Positions 38,738-51,357 of a stretch of 64,000 nucleotides of DNA are shown here, one piece after another; position 1 is the stretch's first letter, and each line of letters opens with the position of its first letter. Position numbers and translations under genes: made by a program. The stretch lies in NCBI GenBank assembly GCA_001244265.2, contig CDLV01000010.1, positions 310,001 to 374,000 on the forward strand. The letters are read 5' to 3'. The stretch is from Microbotryum violaceum. Its lineage: Eukaryota. A model generated the notes under the pieces. That model had not been told where the DNA came from, ran no database searches, and saw only the letters and a list, made by a program, of their open reading frames with translations.

Positions 38738-39459
38738 CGTGAAGGTGATGATGGATATGGTACGTAGAATATAGTCAATCTGTGCGGATGGATGGATGGA
38801 TCGCTGTGGCTGACGTCTCGTTGATCTGGTCAGGGAAGGTCTCGCCGCTGGCGGCTGGATGCCCCAGGCGCGGGAGCGCGTCGGAAGGAGCGTTTAGCGT
38901 CGCTCCCGAGCTCGGCGAGAGCATGCGTCGAGTCTTACCTTGGCTATTAGGTCTGTACCCCGATTTCTATCTCCTTACGGGGGACCCAGGGATACGGATA
39001 GGTCACTTGTAAGGTATGGGTGGGAGAGAACGGTATGAGTTGAACACGAGTAGTAGATTATGTCCGCCGTCTGTCTGTAAGAAGTTGCATTGCAAAGGTC
39101 CCGACTCCGTCCTCTGTTCCCCGCCGTACACTTTTAAGGTTTCATTATGTTTTTTCCTTCGACTTATTTGATCCCAGCCCTCCGGTCAACTCTAATGCGG
39201 GACGCCAGGCCTTTAATTATTCATCCTGGCACCCGAAATTAAGAATCAAGGTTATGGCAACCTTTCGTCTCGAGACGAACTAAGATTGCCGCGATAGCGC
39301 AGCGCGGGTTAGCGCTCTACCCGTCCGCATCAGGAAGGCGATGCTCCAGAAACCGGCGAGGCCAGCCCACGGGACTGACGACTAACCCGAGTCCGCTCAC
39401 CTACGAAGAAGTGCTTGTGAGGTAGCTAAGTAAGGACTTTGTCCCAGATTCGAAGGGAT

Positions 39460-40500
39460 TTTAGCAAGAAGGAGTCTGGATATGCTGACTTACCGCCCTT
39501 ATCAGTCTCTTTGTGGGCAAAATCGATGGGGAAGTTCTTGGCCACCTTTGGTCAATCGGCTTTGCCGCGCGCTGATCATGAGCCCCTTTAGCCAGCGCTG
39601 GCAGAAATTTTCGCGAGCTCTCCTCTACAAGAGAAAGTTGACCATATAGATACATATTCCATACGGCATATTCAAAGCAATGACTGAAATATCTACACCA
39701 CTCCTCGCACTACTCTTCAGTGAATGTCGACTGAGGACTCAGGCCCGCAACGGCCGGCCGCCGGCCAACGATTATGGATTAATGCGCCATGCTGTCTCTG
39801 CAGTGATACATTTTGTCTTCATCTTCGGCCGCTGATCAGTATGTCTAACCCCTTGCGAAGGAACCGAGTAGGTACCTCATTGTAGAAAGGGTAAATATGG
39901 GCTTTCTGCTCTTACTTGCAAGATACAGAAAGAAGCGAAAGTTGGATGAAAATCTCCGGCTGCTGGATCAGGAAGGCTTGCTTCGATCCATACATTTTGT
40001 CTGGAAAGCTCGAGACACAGACGGACGTTGTGGTGCCTCGAGGGTTTGTCGCGATCATGAACCTCCTGGTACACTTGAACCAGTTGAAGCTCTTAGTCCT
40101 TAATCGACCCATTTCATCGGGTCGGCAGCATGGATAGCGATGCGCCGCGGTTCCGTCCGCGAAGTTTTCGGAAGCGATGCATTCAGCTCCGAGTCCAAAT
40201 CTCGCGTTCGAGCCTCCTACTACGATCTTGGATCTCGACTGAATCGTGGGCCCAACCTGCCCGTTTGAAACGTCGTTATTTGAACACGGGCATTGGTCCC
40301 AGTTTGGTCGAAGATATCGTTAGCACTGCCCCACCCGGTGGGTCTTGGTGCTCGTCGGCCGGCAGATTCCGCTCGGCAGCTTGAATGGCCTCATACTGGT
40401 GTCCGCGAGGCTTTGACCCAGGGTACAGCGGAGGGGTGTATCGTAGGGAGTCAGTAGCGTATTTGAATGATCCGTCCCATAACGGATGACTAAGCAAGAG
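39460..40500 (-). pseudogene. Fragmented coding-like relic of unknown family
   Basis: Several short co-oriented ORFs separated by stops and frameshifts; no recognised motif. Confidence 0.2.
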
Positions 40501-40938
40501 CCCGACTATTCAGTGGCAACGTGATCGCTGAATAAGTCGGGCCGCTGGACAGTTCTGCGCATAGAACCGGTCACATGACCCCACAGCCGCCCATAATACG
40601 CGCGCTCGAGCTCGACAATTAGAGCTTGCCAGCTTGGTGCCATCTAGTACGTGGCACGGTGACTCGATTGAAGGCACTCTACTGATCTGCAGTGCACCGG
40701 CTCGACATCTCATCCAACGAACTCGAGTTGCCACTGCTGCTCCGTCAATGAGTCATAAAGAGGGGAAGCAGAGCTGCTTCAATTGATTGAAGTGTGCGAG
40801 AACGGGGCCAAGCTGGGCCAAGACGTTGATTATAGAGACAGTCGTACCGCACCATGACTCGGGGTCTTTGACAGCTTCTTTTCGGACTCCGGCTCGCTCC
40901 TTAATCTCGGATCCCATCTATCCTCGCAGTTTGACAGT

Positions 40939-41785
40939 ATGGTGAGCTGAACTACTATTTTGAACCACTCGTCGTATCGTTCTAGCTGCTGACCCTTTAG
41001 GCCCCGCCATCTGATCGTTCGGGCCCCGCCCCCGCTCGACCCATCCCCGCAGGCCACGGATACGAAGCCTCTTCACATTGCCTGCATCCTGTTCCCGGGT
41101 TTCCAACTCCTCGATGTTTGCGGTAAGTCTCACGATCAATTACTTGGTCGTCCTCACTTGGTCTCTCCGGATACCAAGTGAAGCATGCATTAGTACCGTC
41201 TCCCCCTCAGGCCCTCTGGATCTCCTGAACGTTTTGTCGCGTACCCAGCCTATGAAACTCTCTATGCTGGCCTCATCTATGGATCCGGTCTCGACCTTCA
41301 CCAAAGTTACGGCCAACGAGATCCACCAATCCCTCTCCCCTACGCACACCTTCTCGTCCCCTCCCTCGAAACCCATCGACGTCCTCTTCGTTCCAGGAGG
41401 CTTCGGCTGCCGCGCAGAGTTGACTGAAGCCGAGGAGTTCCTCAGGGCTCGATTCGAGACGTGCCAATACTTGTTGACCGTATGCACGGGATCTGCATTG
41501 AGTGCTCGCACGGGTATCTTGGACGGGAAGAAAGCGACGAGTAACAAAAAGTCGTTCGAATGGGTCAAGACTCAGGGGCCCAAGGTCGAATGGATCAGGA
41601 AGGCTCGATGGGTCGCGGACGGTCGTTGCTGGACGAGTAGTGGTGTAGCGGCTGGGATGGACATGACGCTAGGATGGGTCAAAAACGTATATGGCGGGGA
41701 CGTCGCCAAGCAAACGGCCAATTTCATTGAGTACGAATGGAACGAGGACTCGGAGAAGGATAGGTTTGCCGATCTCTACCTCTAG
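40939..41785 (+). CDS. DJ-1/PfpI family protein
   Basis: ATG-only first exon, then ATDTKPLHIACILFPGFQLLDVCGPLD, DVLFVPGG, nucleophile VCTGS, ATSNK, RWVADG..WTSSGVAAGMD. Confidence 0.92.
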
Positions 41786-41905
41786 GATCCAATCAGAACC
41801 CATGACTTGGAATGCAGTGAGTATGCATTATAGTAAAACACAGAAAACAGTGGTAGTCTGAACGACAGTATGCAGTGGGAGATATGCGAATGCAAAAAGG
41901 GCCGC

Positions 41906-44900
41906 TCACAGCGAGGGGAGTCGTGCGCGACAAATCGGACACACGGACTTGACCGCGATCCAGCTCTCCATACATTCCGTATGCATCAAGTGATGACATG
42001 GCGGGACCATGTAACTCCACCTCAACTTGTTCCTCGTGCCGGGGTCAGCTTCCTCTTCCTTGGTCGGGTGGATCTGAATTGACGAAAGGCAGATCGGGCA
42101 GTCTTCGGAATGGTAGGGCGAGATCGCGTAAACGGACGTTTCGAGATCCATCGAAGTGGGGATGGGATGGTAGTCCCAGATTTCGAGCTCGGCGAGATGC
42201 AAGGCGTCGATCGCTCTCGTAGGGAGGAAGAAACGCGCCCCGAAACGCGAATCTTGAAGGACCAGGATCGCGGCTTGACCCACCGAGTACAGCACGAGCA
42301 GCAGGACCCAGGCTGGAGGAAAGAGGTCACGCATTCTGATCAGCCCCAGACGTCAACGCCCCATAATCAACAGTCAAAAGAGCTCACGAGTTGTTTCAAT
42401 TGCAAAGACGTTGCTCTTGTAGCCCCAGAAGTAGCATGGCATGACGAGCCGGCCCAGAGTGGTGACAATGACATATTCTCGTCGCAGCGACCCTCGAGCC
42501 GCTCCTCGCTGAACATTCAAGATGATTTGTGGGACTGCGACAGTGAAGTGTTTTGTGTCAGTCAGAGACATCGAAAACCAAGTCCATCCTTGATGACGCA
42601 CTCCAGTAAGAATAAGCGAGCAGAGTGAGCAGAACGACCCAACCGAAGAACCAGATGACCGTTCCAAACGCGATCGCGATCGAAATGCCGATGCCGACTG
42701 CGCGTGCCCAAGAGAGCCTCAAATTAACCCTGCTCATTGTTCGAATTTGGTTATCGCATGGACAGACGTACCGAGATAGGAATCCGAGACGCCTCCGGGC
42801 GCTGGAGTCGACGGCGCAGTAGTAGTCGCTGCGGCCAACAATGGAGTCGTCGCATTCGCCTCCTCATCATTCCCCGCGCTGGCCTCGCCTGCTGCCTCTG
42901 CAGCAGCCCTTCTCTCAGCAGCTCGTGCGGCAAGCTCTTCGACGGTTGGGGTTGGCGGCGGTGGTGGCGGTGCAGGTCTAGAAGGTGGCGGCGGCGTGGC
43001 ATTGCGGATCTCGGTGGCGTACCGCATGCTGAAAATAAGGGAGGAGATGAGAGCGAAGAATGCCGACACCATAAACGGGAGGGATGCACGCGTGTCTGTA
43101 TACATGACAGCTTCTGTCAGAACCGGATCGGTTGAAACACCACTTTGATCAACGTACCCGTTACAAGCGCGACGGTGAAAGCAGTAACCTAACCATCAAA
43201 TCGGACCGCGTCAGCCCCCGCACCGACCGTGCTCGAAGCCTCATCCAAACTCACAAAGAAGTAGGCATCCAACGAAGTCTGCACTCCGATCGTGAAGTAC
43301 GCCACTTTTCCTGCATGTCCCGGAGCCCCCCTATCCATCTGGCGCGCTAAGACCCAGGCCATCAGCATCTGCGTGAAGCCCATCAGGACGGCAAAGGTCG
43401 TTCCATGTTCCCACAAACGAGGTGTGGTCAAAAGCTCGACCTGGCCCGAGATGACGAGACCACAGTTCTCGGAATAGAGTTTGTAGGTGATCTGAGGAGG
43501 AGGTGGGGGTTTCAAACTGGAGCCCGTGGGGTGCCAAAGAGATGCGTAGTATTCGGCATAAAGGGGTGCGCTGTAATGGGGCGGTAGAGGCGCCAGTGAT
43601 CCATAGAAGGTAAAGATGCATTGCGGACCTTGCGGTGCTGCTATTTAAGTGTGCAGCCCCATGTCAGTAAGGAGAGGAGTGATCAAACAACCAGTATGGA
43701 AGGAAAGACGAACAATTCTCTTCCTGTGGCCGCTGAGATTCATTGTCGAGCGTCTCCTCCAAGTCCTCCCGTTCCCGAGCGATCCTCCGATCGAGCTCCT
43801 TGAGTATCGTGTGCCCCGCGGCAAGCTGCTTCCACTGCTCTCCATCGCGACGTTCTAACGTCTTGGCCAAACCGACGAGATCAAACATGTGGCTTCTGAC
43901 CCAAGAAGGTGTCGCGTAGCCAACCATGGTCCCATCTTCGAGGTAATGCACGGCCTCGATGTCGAAACGAGCTTCTTCGATCTTGTCCACATCGGTCAAG
44001 GTGATCTCGCCGCGCAGAAACGTTGTCGGTCCAACTTGTTCCCATTCTTGTCTCCGAGCCTCGAGATCGATACGCAAGAGCTGGCCTGGCTCGGTGCTTG
44101 CGATGACGGACCCGGGTGCGGTCGACTGGTATTCGCGCAGATCGAGAAGCACTCGACCCCCCGTCTCGAAGGCGAACTTGTTGCGCAGGACGGTGCGGTT
44201 CATCACGGTCGTGACGTTCTCCCACGACATGTTCTTCTCTGGTACCTCGGTCGCGGGAATTTCAACCTGTCGCCTCCGTAGCCGATCCCGTGCCGCTTCT
44301 TGTGGCGCTGCTCCGACCAAGTCAGGCTGCCCGGAGATGCCATCCATGAGAATCGGCTCACCTGTGAGCTCGACTTCCTCGACCCGTTGCCGTGTCGTTA
44401 CATTCCACGTCTCTGGCAACCCCAACCTCTCGAGCGTCCAATCCTTGTCCATTTCCCAATCCCCCCTCGCCATCCCCGTCAGATTCTGATGGTAGTAAGC
44501 TATGCCCAACTCATCCGGCTGCCTCCGTACAAGAGCCTCAATCTCGCTCCTCAACACCTCATTAATCGCTTCCTTGGGGACGTACTCGATCACCTCGTTC
44601 GGAGCCGAGTCATTGTACAGTCTTGACATGTTCAACTTGGCATCCAACAAGGTGCGATTGTAACGATCGACGTGTAGCCAATCGGCCAGACCATCGCGTT
44701 TGTCCTCCTTTCTCTTCAAGGAAGAGCGTAAGGCGTCGAACGTCGATTCGTCCGTCACAGGCTCGCGAATGCCATCGTTACCGGAAGACATCATGAAAAA
44801 GAGGAGCGACATCATGATGAGGTACGAGAGGGAAGGCCGTCCTTGGCCGACGACGCGCGCTGGTGCGGGGGGAGGCGGTGATGGTGGTGGTGGTCCTGGT

Positions 44901-44974
44901 CGGGCCGCCACTGTCGCTGCTGCTGGCGGTGGCGCGCCATTGGTGGGTGTAGTGACGGGCAGTGGGAGATCCAT
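41906..44974 (-). CDS. TUL1: Transmembrane RING-H2 E3 ubiquitin ligase Tul1/Dsc1
   Basis: N-terminal hydrophobic segment, lumenal domain, YSENCG, multiple TMs, VPQIILNVQRG, LQDSRFGARFFLP, RING DCPICLS...YMVPPCHHLMHTECMESWIAVKSVCPICRARLP. Confidence 0.9.
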
Positions 44975-45203
44975 CTTGGATCAAGCTCAGGGATACGGAC
45001 GAACCCAGATTGTCCCCGAGTGCCACGTTCCCCAAGAGTTGGCGCGATGACTCGAGCCGATGACCCACGTGACGTGACGTGGGAGAGAGAGACACGGCAG
45101 CGCGGCAGCGGTCTGCCGGTCTGCCGCGCCATCGGCTCATCGGAACGGGCGGCTCTAATTTTCCCAAAATGACAATCCACTACATACTGCCCTATGTATT
45201 ACA

Positions 45204-48110
45204 CTACACCTTCTCCAAACCCTCACCAAACCGTCTACACTTAGCAGTCAACGCCTGAGCCCAAATCTCGACCGCCTTGTCATCGCCCAATTTTAACGCT
45301 CTTCGCCGCTTGACATCCTTGACAACACTCGCGACGAGCAAAACGAAGACCCCACCCGAACTCTGTCCCTCATGGACCAATTCATTCTCGATCAACTCGT
45401 ACGCTTTCAAGGCTTCCCCTATCCAAGAGCCCAACTTGGTCGCGTTAGGAAGGTCAATCGACATCGACGGCAGATCTTGCAAGATAAAGGAGGTGAATCG
45501 AGCCGCGTAAGCATCAACGAGGTCAGTAGAATGCGAAGGGACGAGAAGGATCGTCTTGGCGAGTCGGGTCATCCCCATTTCGTCGATCAGTGAGGAAGAA
45601 GGGGGCGAGGAGTTCAAGAGTGTGTAGAGCATAATCGTCGAGGAGGACGAGTAGATCGTTCGATCGAAGGACAGGTCGAACGGAGCCGCAATCTCAGATG
45701 AAGGGGTGGGAGTCGCATACGCTTTGGCCCCGACCACAGCTTTTCGATAAGGTTGAATCAGGGATCGAACTCGCTTAACGTCAATGGTCGTCGATGTCGT
45801 CGAAGGGAGTCGATGTACGAGCGTCGCCAAGTCCGAAGCGACTAGTTCCACGATCGTTTTGGGCAGCGACTCGGAAAAGATGAGTACCGATAGGATATCG
45901 AGCATCATGATTTGGTAGTCACCCGTTCTAGAAGAAGCAACACATCAGTATTTGCGCGATTGAGTTTTAGTCGGGGACATCGTTCAAACTCACGGTGTCC
46001 GTTCAATCTCCCCTACGAGCCATTTCAACACCCCAGGCAATGTAAAGCTAAGCAATCCTTGCAAGAGGAAGGACAGCCCGTCCCGCAGCTGCTCCGTATC
46101 AATCACACCGGCATGACACGCGGCCAGGCTCTGCTTCGCGACCGTCGGCAAGACCTTGAGCAACGTCCTCGGATTCGTCTGGTGCATCAATTCGTCCGAG
46201 ATACCGTCACCGAAGAGAGCCTGGATCCAACCGTTGACGGTCGCCCTGGCATCATCGTCCAGGGACGTGAGCGAATATGTCGCGGAGATGGAGAGTAACC
46301 ATTGCACGAGAAACCCGCGCCGCGAGCCGAGATGATGAGAAAGGTCGGTTTGGAGACCATGGCGGCTGACGACAACTTGTAGGAAGAGCAAGACGACCCC
46401 ATACCCTGTTGACGGATCGTCGTAGCCCAGGTTCTCGAGAGATGAGCCGAATGTATCCAAGAGAGAGCGGATCGGGGAGAGAACCAGGAAAGGTTGAACG
46501 TGGAGGAACACGATCGAAAGGATCGAGGGCTGTTCGACGAGGACGGAACATATATTCGAGAGCCCGGGGATGTCGACGCTCGACGCCAAGGACGAGACGG
46601 CTTCCACCAGGGAATTAGAGATCGCGCGATGCGATGCGGAACCGTGTGTCTCGAGCGAAGCGAACACTTCTCGGACAGAGTCGATCGACCCACTCATCAG
46701 CTGAGCGGTAGTCGACGGGAAGGAGGAAGGGACCAGCTGTGATGGGTGCAAGGAAGGCGACAGGCTCGCAGCGAGGTCGGTAGAGATGAGCTCGTGCTGA
46801 CACAACCCAGCGACGAGGGCGTCGAGTACGGGCCGGGTCGTTGCCCCGTCGAGAGCCATCGCATCCTCGCTCTCCGTTCTTGTCGACACCGAGAACAGGC
46901 GCACACTCGAATCGAAAGCTGATCGTACGAGATCGGGTGATCCCGGCACATCCACCTTGCGGTTCGCAGCGATGTTACGCAGAAGCTCGGGCAGTCGCGA
47001 ATAGGCGAAGCTTGCTTGTCGAGTGAACTTGCCGACGTTCTCCCTCAGGTCGACCGTCGCTGCCAGGAATAGCTCGAGGAAAGCCCTCGACAGTGTTTGC
47101 TCGTGGGTGCTGCCGCGGGCGTCGGCTTGAGCGAGGCGATCCTTGAGCAAGGCTACGATGCGAGCCGTAGCTACGGGAGTGTTGGCGATGCCCACCGAGG
47201 TGTGGCCGCGATAGGACTGGGACCGTCAAGCGCAAAGAATGAATTCATTGTACACCTGTTGTTGAGGAATGTCTGACTCACTAAGTCCCAGATGAGGAAG
47301 GCAATGTCGGAATCGGCCTGAGTTGTCGGTACCAGATCAAGACTATTCGTGGGTGCAGGCGAGGCAATGCGCGCTCGAGGAACGACGGGCAGTTTTGAGG
47401 TGACTTCCCCCTTCGGACTTAGCGCGATCTTGATTTCGAGAAGCGTGCGTTGGAGGTCTGTGGATATCCGTGCAGCGGTCGGGTCGACGTGCATCTGCTG
47501 CAATGTTGAGACACAGGCATCGAGGCTGGCGAGCGTCGCACCGAGTCGCTGAGGGTCTATTCCAGCCAGATTGAACGGGATGAGAGATCGCTGTAGGAAT
47601 GTCGAGATGTAAGACACTGTCGGGGACTGCGGCGTCAATTCACCCGGTGTCGAATCGGCCGTCCCGAGTCGAGAGATCCTCCCTAGTGCCCAGTCGAGCG
47701 CATCCACGAGCTCATCGGCGTTGAGCACAGCGTAGGTCGGTGTATCCGATGCAGCAGTCAATAAGGTCTTGTTGATCACGTCAAAGGCTTTGTCGAGGGC
47801 GATAGAGTTGACCGAGCAGCGTGTCAGCCTAGCGGCAAAGAAGCCGACGCGCACGAGTGATGGCGCGAACTGGGCTACGGAAGTCGAGGGCGTAACAGCC
47901 GACTGCACATAGTCAAGGACGAGTGGTGACGGCATGGAAGTCGAGTCGGCCAACAGTTGCAGCAAGGCGTCTACGCGCTCGACAGGGTGGGGCGGGTCAA
48001 GGGGTCAAGGGGTTAGCGCAGATGCAGGCGATGCAGCACGGTTACAACTTGCCACATATTTGCTGCTCAACTTCGACGGGTGGGAGTGAACTACTGGCTG
48101 TCTGAGCCAT
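45204..48110 (-). CDS. MED5: Mediator tail subunit Med5 (Nut1-like)
   Basis: FLELFLAA, FAYSRLPELL, YGVVLLFLQ, VNGWIQALFGDGISDELMHQTNPRTLLKVLPT...GVIDTEQLRDGLSFLLQGLLSFTLPGVLKWL. First exon approximate. Confidence 0.8.
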
Positions 48111-48609
48111 CAGCTGCTGCCACTGAGAGCAGGAGTGCACAGTGCGAGCGTGAGCTGTCAGTCGCGGACAGCTGATGGCGTGACGACAAGACTTACAGAA
48201 GACGGTGGCACCCCTTTGACCCAGCAAGCTCTGGTAATAAGGCCCAAGTTCTTGTGCGCCAAGCCTGCCATTGGATCGGCGACTCTTCTCACACCCGAGC
48301 CCTCCGAGTCGTTTGCGCTGGGTGAGGAGGCTGCGAATAGGGGGTGCGCAACGGGCGATCGCCTGCTGATGTGGTGCGGCCGTGGGCGCTTCAACGAACC
48401 CGGTCGCCGATCGCGATTTGGCGATTGTCAATCGCGATTCGCGCGTCACCGACGATTCTCCGTGAGGTGAGCGTGTGAATCAAGGGCCCGGGTGACCTTG
48501 CGCTTGTGGCAGACTAACCTGCGCCCAAAATCCCTCGCATAGCAGCGCACAGCCCAGGCCTTGCCAGAGTCAGCCCTCCGTCTCGTTCCCTCCCCCCTCC
48601 CCCCCTCCC

Positions 48610-49639
48610 CCCATCCGCAACGCGCTCGTCCTCGCACTCGCCACTCTTGTACGTCCCTCCGCTCGTATGGTGGTGGTGCCTAGTGTTTAACTGACCGTTC
48701 ATCTCTGACCATGCTACGACCTCCAGGCATCGCTTGGTGCACGTTCTGCGCGGATCGAGCCACACAGTACCCCGGGCCGTCGTCATTTTCCAAGCGACGC
48801 CCTCCACCGCCCACGATACCTTGCCTTAAGCGGCTACACGACTTCCTGCACCGGTCTCTTCGCCATCCGGCCGGAGAACCACTACCTCAGAAGCCACCCT
48901 AAGTCGGCTTCTACTTCGCCCAAGCTACACCACACCCTGTTTCCCGAGGGTAGGAAAATGTGAGTGGCCCCTGCCCCCTTCCGCTCCTCTCTGGGCTTGG
49001 CCCCACCACCGGCCGGCCGGCCTGCCAAAACAAGCGCCGTGCTCGACGCAACTTCGGTCTCAACTGGGCCCGCGGATTGATGAGCCTCGCTGCAGCGTCC
49101 ATTTCTCGGGGCAATCTGAACCATTGGAACGAGTTCATTGACTTACCACCCTTCTCACCACTCTTGTTCGCACCGCTGCTGGGTCCGTCAAATTCATCTT
49201 TATTCGATGCGCTTAATTGACCGGTCCTCCCCTTCTGCTCGAACCCACCTCCTCGACCGTTCACGATCCCATTCGATGACCGCCTCGCCACAGCCTCCTC
49301 CATTCTATACCGTTCCCTCAACTTGCTCACTCGTAGGGGAGTGAGCACTAGCAGCCGCATCAGTTGTTCATAAAAAAGAGGCGCCAGGGCCGCCTCGCTC
49401 GATTCACATCGAGACCTTAGCCGCATTCGACGGTACCCTCCAGCACCTCCCATCTTCCTCTTTCTTGTCTTCCCCTTCTCCCTTTCGCCCCGCTGGCCCA
49501 CCTCCTCCCCCATAATCAACGTCATCGCACGTCCCCCGCTACTTCGATCAATCCGACGTCCCCCGCATCCGCTTACTCGCATAGCTCCGACTCGTCAGAC
49601 GACCTCCCCACTTCGATCGCCAACGCCAACGTGACCGCC
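48610..49639 (+). promoter_or_regulatory. Long intron-containing ODC 5' leader with candidate non-AUG uORF ending GPPPPP-stop (stop 49513-49515)
   Basis: Putative introns 48649-48726 (GTACGT..CTGAC..CAG) and 48960-49293 (GTGAGT..CAG). No AUG remains after splicing. Open frame 49345-49515. Confidence 0.55.
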
Positions 49640-51357
49640 ATGACTGCCATCGCCATCCCGATCCCCTCCTCGTTCGGCCCAGAGCACCACGATGGCTTCG
49701 CCGCTGCGCTCTCCCGTTCCCCTTACTCGCGCTCGCCCTTCAGGCGCTGCTCGCTCTCGAGCTCGGCCTCGTCCCCCGCCAAGGCAAGCTTCCTCGCCTC
49801 GAACGCGCACCACCACCAAACTGGCTCCGACATCAGCGGCATTGGATCGACCAAGGTTGTGCTCCCCGCCGTCGCAGCTGCCGCCGATGTGGCCACGCAG
49901 TCTCAGCTCGTGCGACCCACCCCGGTCGTGCCCGCCTTCGACCTTCTCCCCAGCATCCACTCGGGCTCCTTCATCGAGAACTTCCGCCAGGCACTGCTTG
50001 ACATCGACATCGACGAATGCGACGCCCATGGCGAGAACGCCTTCTTTGTATGCGACCTCGGCCAAGTGTTCAAGCAGCACCAGAGGTGGATGAAGGAGTT
50101 GGGTGCGCGCGTGCAGCCGTTCTTCGGTAAGCTGCCGTCGACTTCTGAAAATCGTGGTCCGAGAATTTCATGCTGATCTCGTCTTCGCCTACTACAACAG
50201 CCGTCAAGTCCAATCCTGACCCTTACGTCCTTCGCTTGATGGCTTCGCTCGGCCTCGGCTTTGACTGCGCCTCGCAGCCCGAGATTTCTGCCGTCTTGTC
50301 CTTGCCCAACCGCCCCGACCCCAATCGCATTATCTATGCCAACCCCTGCAAGGCCGCCTCGTTCGTGCGCCATGCCGCCAAGAACGGTGTCGACTACATG
50401 ACCTTTGACAACGGTGACGAGCTGGCCAAAGTCAAGCGTTACCACCCCAACGCCAAGATGGTCATGCGCATCCTCACCGACGACTCGTCGAGCTTATGCC
50501 GATTAGGTCTAAAGTTTGGCGCGCCCCTCAGTGAAGTACGAGGGTTGCTCAAGAAGGCCAAGGAGCTCGACATCAATGTCGTCGGCATCAGCTTCCACTG
50601 CGGCAGCGGTTGCAAGGACCCCGAGTTGTTCGGCGACGCCATCCGCCGCGCGCGCTGGGCCTTCGACGTTGGAGCTGAGCATGGCTTCAACTTTGGCCTG
50701 CTCGACATCGGAGGAGGTTTCGAAGATAACAACTTCGAGCTTATCGCCGCGGTGTTGCGCAAGGCCATCGCCGAGCACTTCCCTCTCGACGCCCAAGGCA
50801 ACGGGGTGCGCATCATCGCTGAGCCGGGACGCTACTACGTCTCCCGCGCCTTTGAGTTGGCGACCAACATCATCGCTCGTCGCGCCGCTCGCGACGGCAC
50901 CAACGCTGAGTCCGACATGTTCGGCCCTGGCCACGTCGCCGACTTTGAGATGGAAGAGGACGAGAAAGAGGGCGAGGGCGAGCCCGTTGTCATGTACTAC
51001 ATCAACGACGGCGTCTACGGCGCCTTCAACTGCACGCTCTTCGACCATCAGGTCGTCCACCCCAAGGTCATGACCCTGGGCGATGACTTTGTCGCCGACG
51101 CTGCCTCGATTGACAGTACCCTCGAAGAGTGCTCCGTCTGGGGCCCCACGTGCGACTCGATCGATCTCGTCCAGCCTAAGGCGCAATTGCCCGTCGACGT
51201 CCTCGCCGTCGGCGACTGGCTGCGTTGGGAAGAGATGGGCGCCTACACCATCTGCGCCGCGAGTCAGTTCAATGGCTTCCGCAAAAGCTTGGTCCGTTAC
51301 ACGATCGATGCCGATGTCCAGACGGAGGCCGTGATCCGTCGCCTGATCAACAACTAG
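49640..51357 (+). CDS. SPE1: Ornithine decarboxylase
   Basis: AFFVCDLG, PFF|AVKSNPD (PLP Lys, intron 50127-50200), GFDCAS, IYANPCK, KFGA, GISFHCGS, LLDIGGGF, IAEPGRY, YINDGVYGAFNC, WGPTCDSID, MGAYT, FNGF. Confidence 0.97.

Noticed and set aside
48711-48902. AUG-initiated 63-aa ORF ending KPP* as the ODC uORF
   Set aside because: Its ATG lies between the branch site and acceptor of putative intron 48649-48726, so it would be spliced out. It matters only if that intron is retained.
49595-51186. Long antisense ORFs opposite ODC (and similar ones opposite Rpn2, Cdc45, Sgt2)
   Set aside because: Expected shadow ORFs from GC-rich codon bias, with no recognisable motifs.
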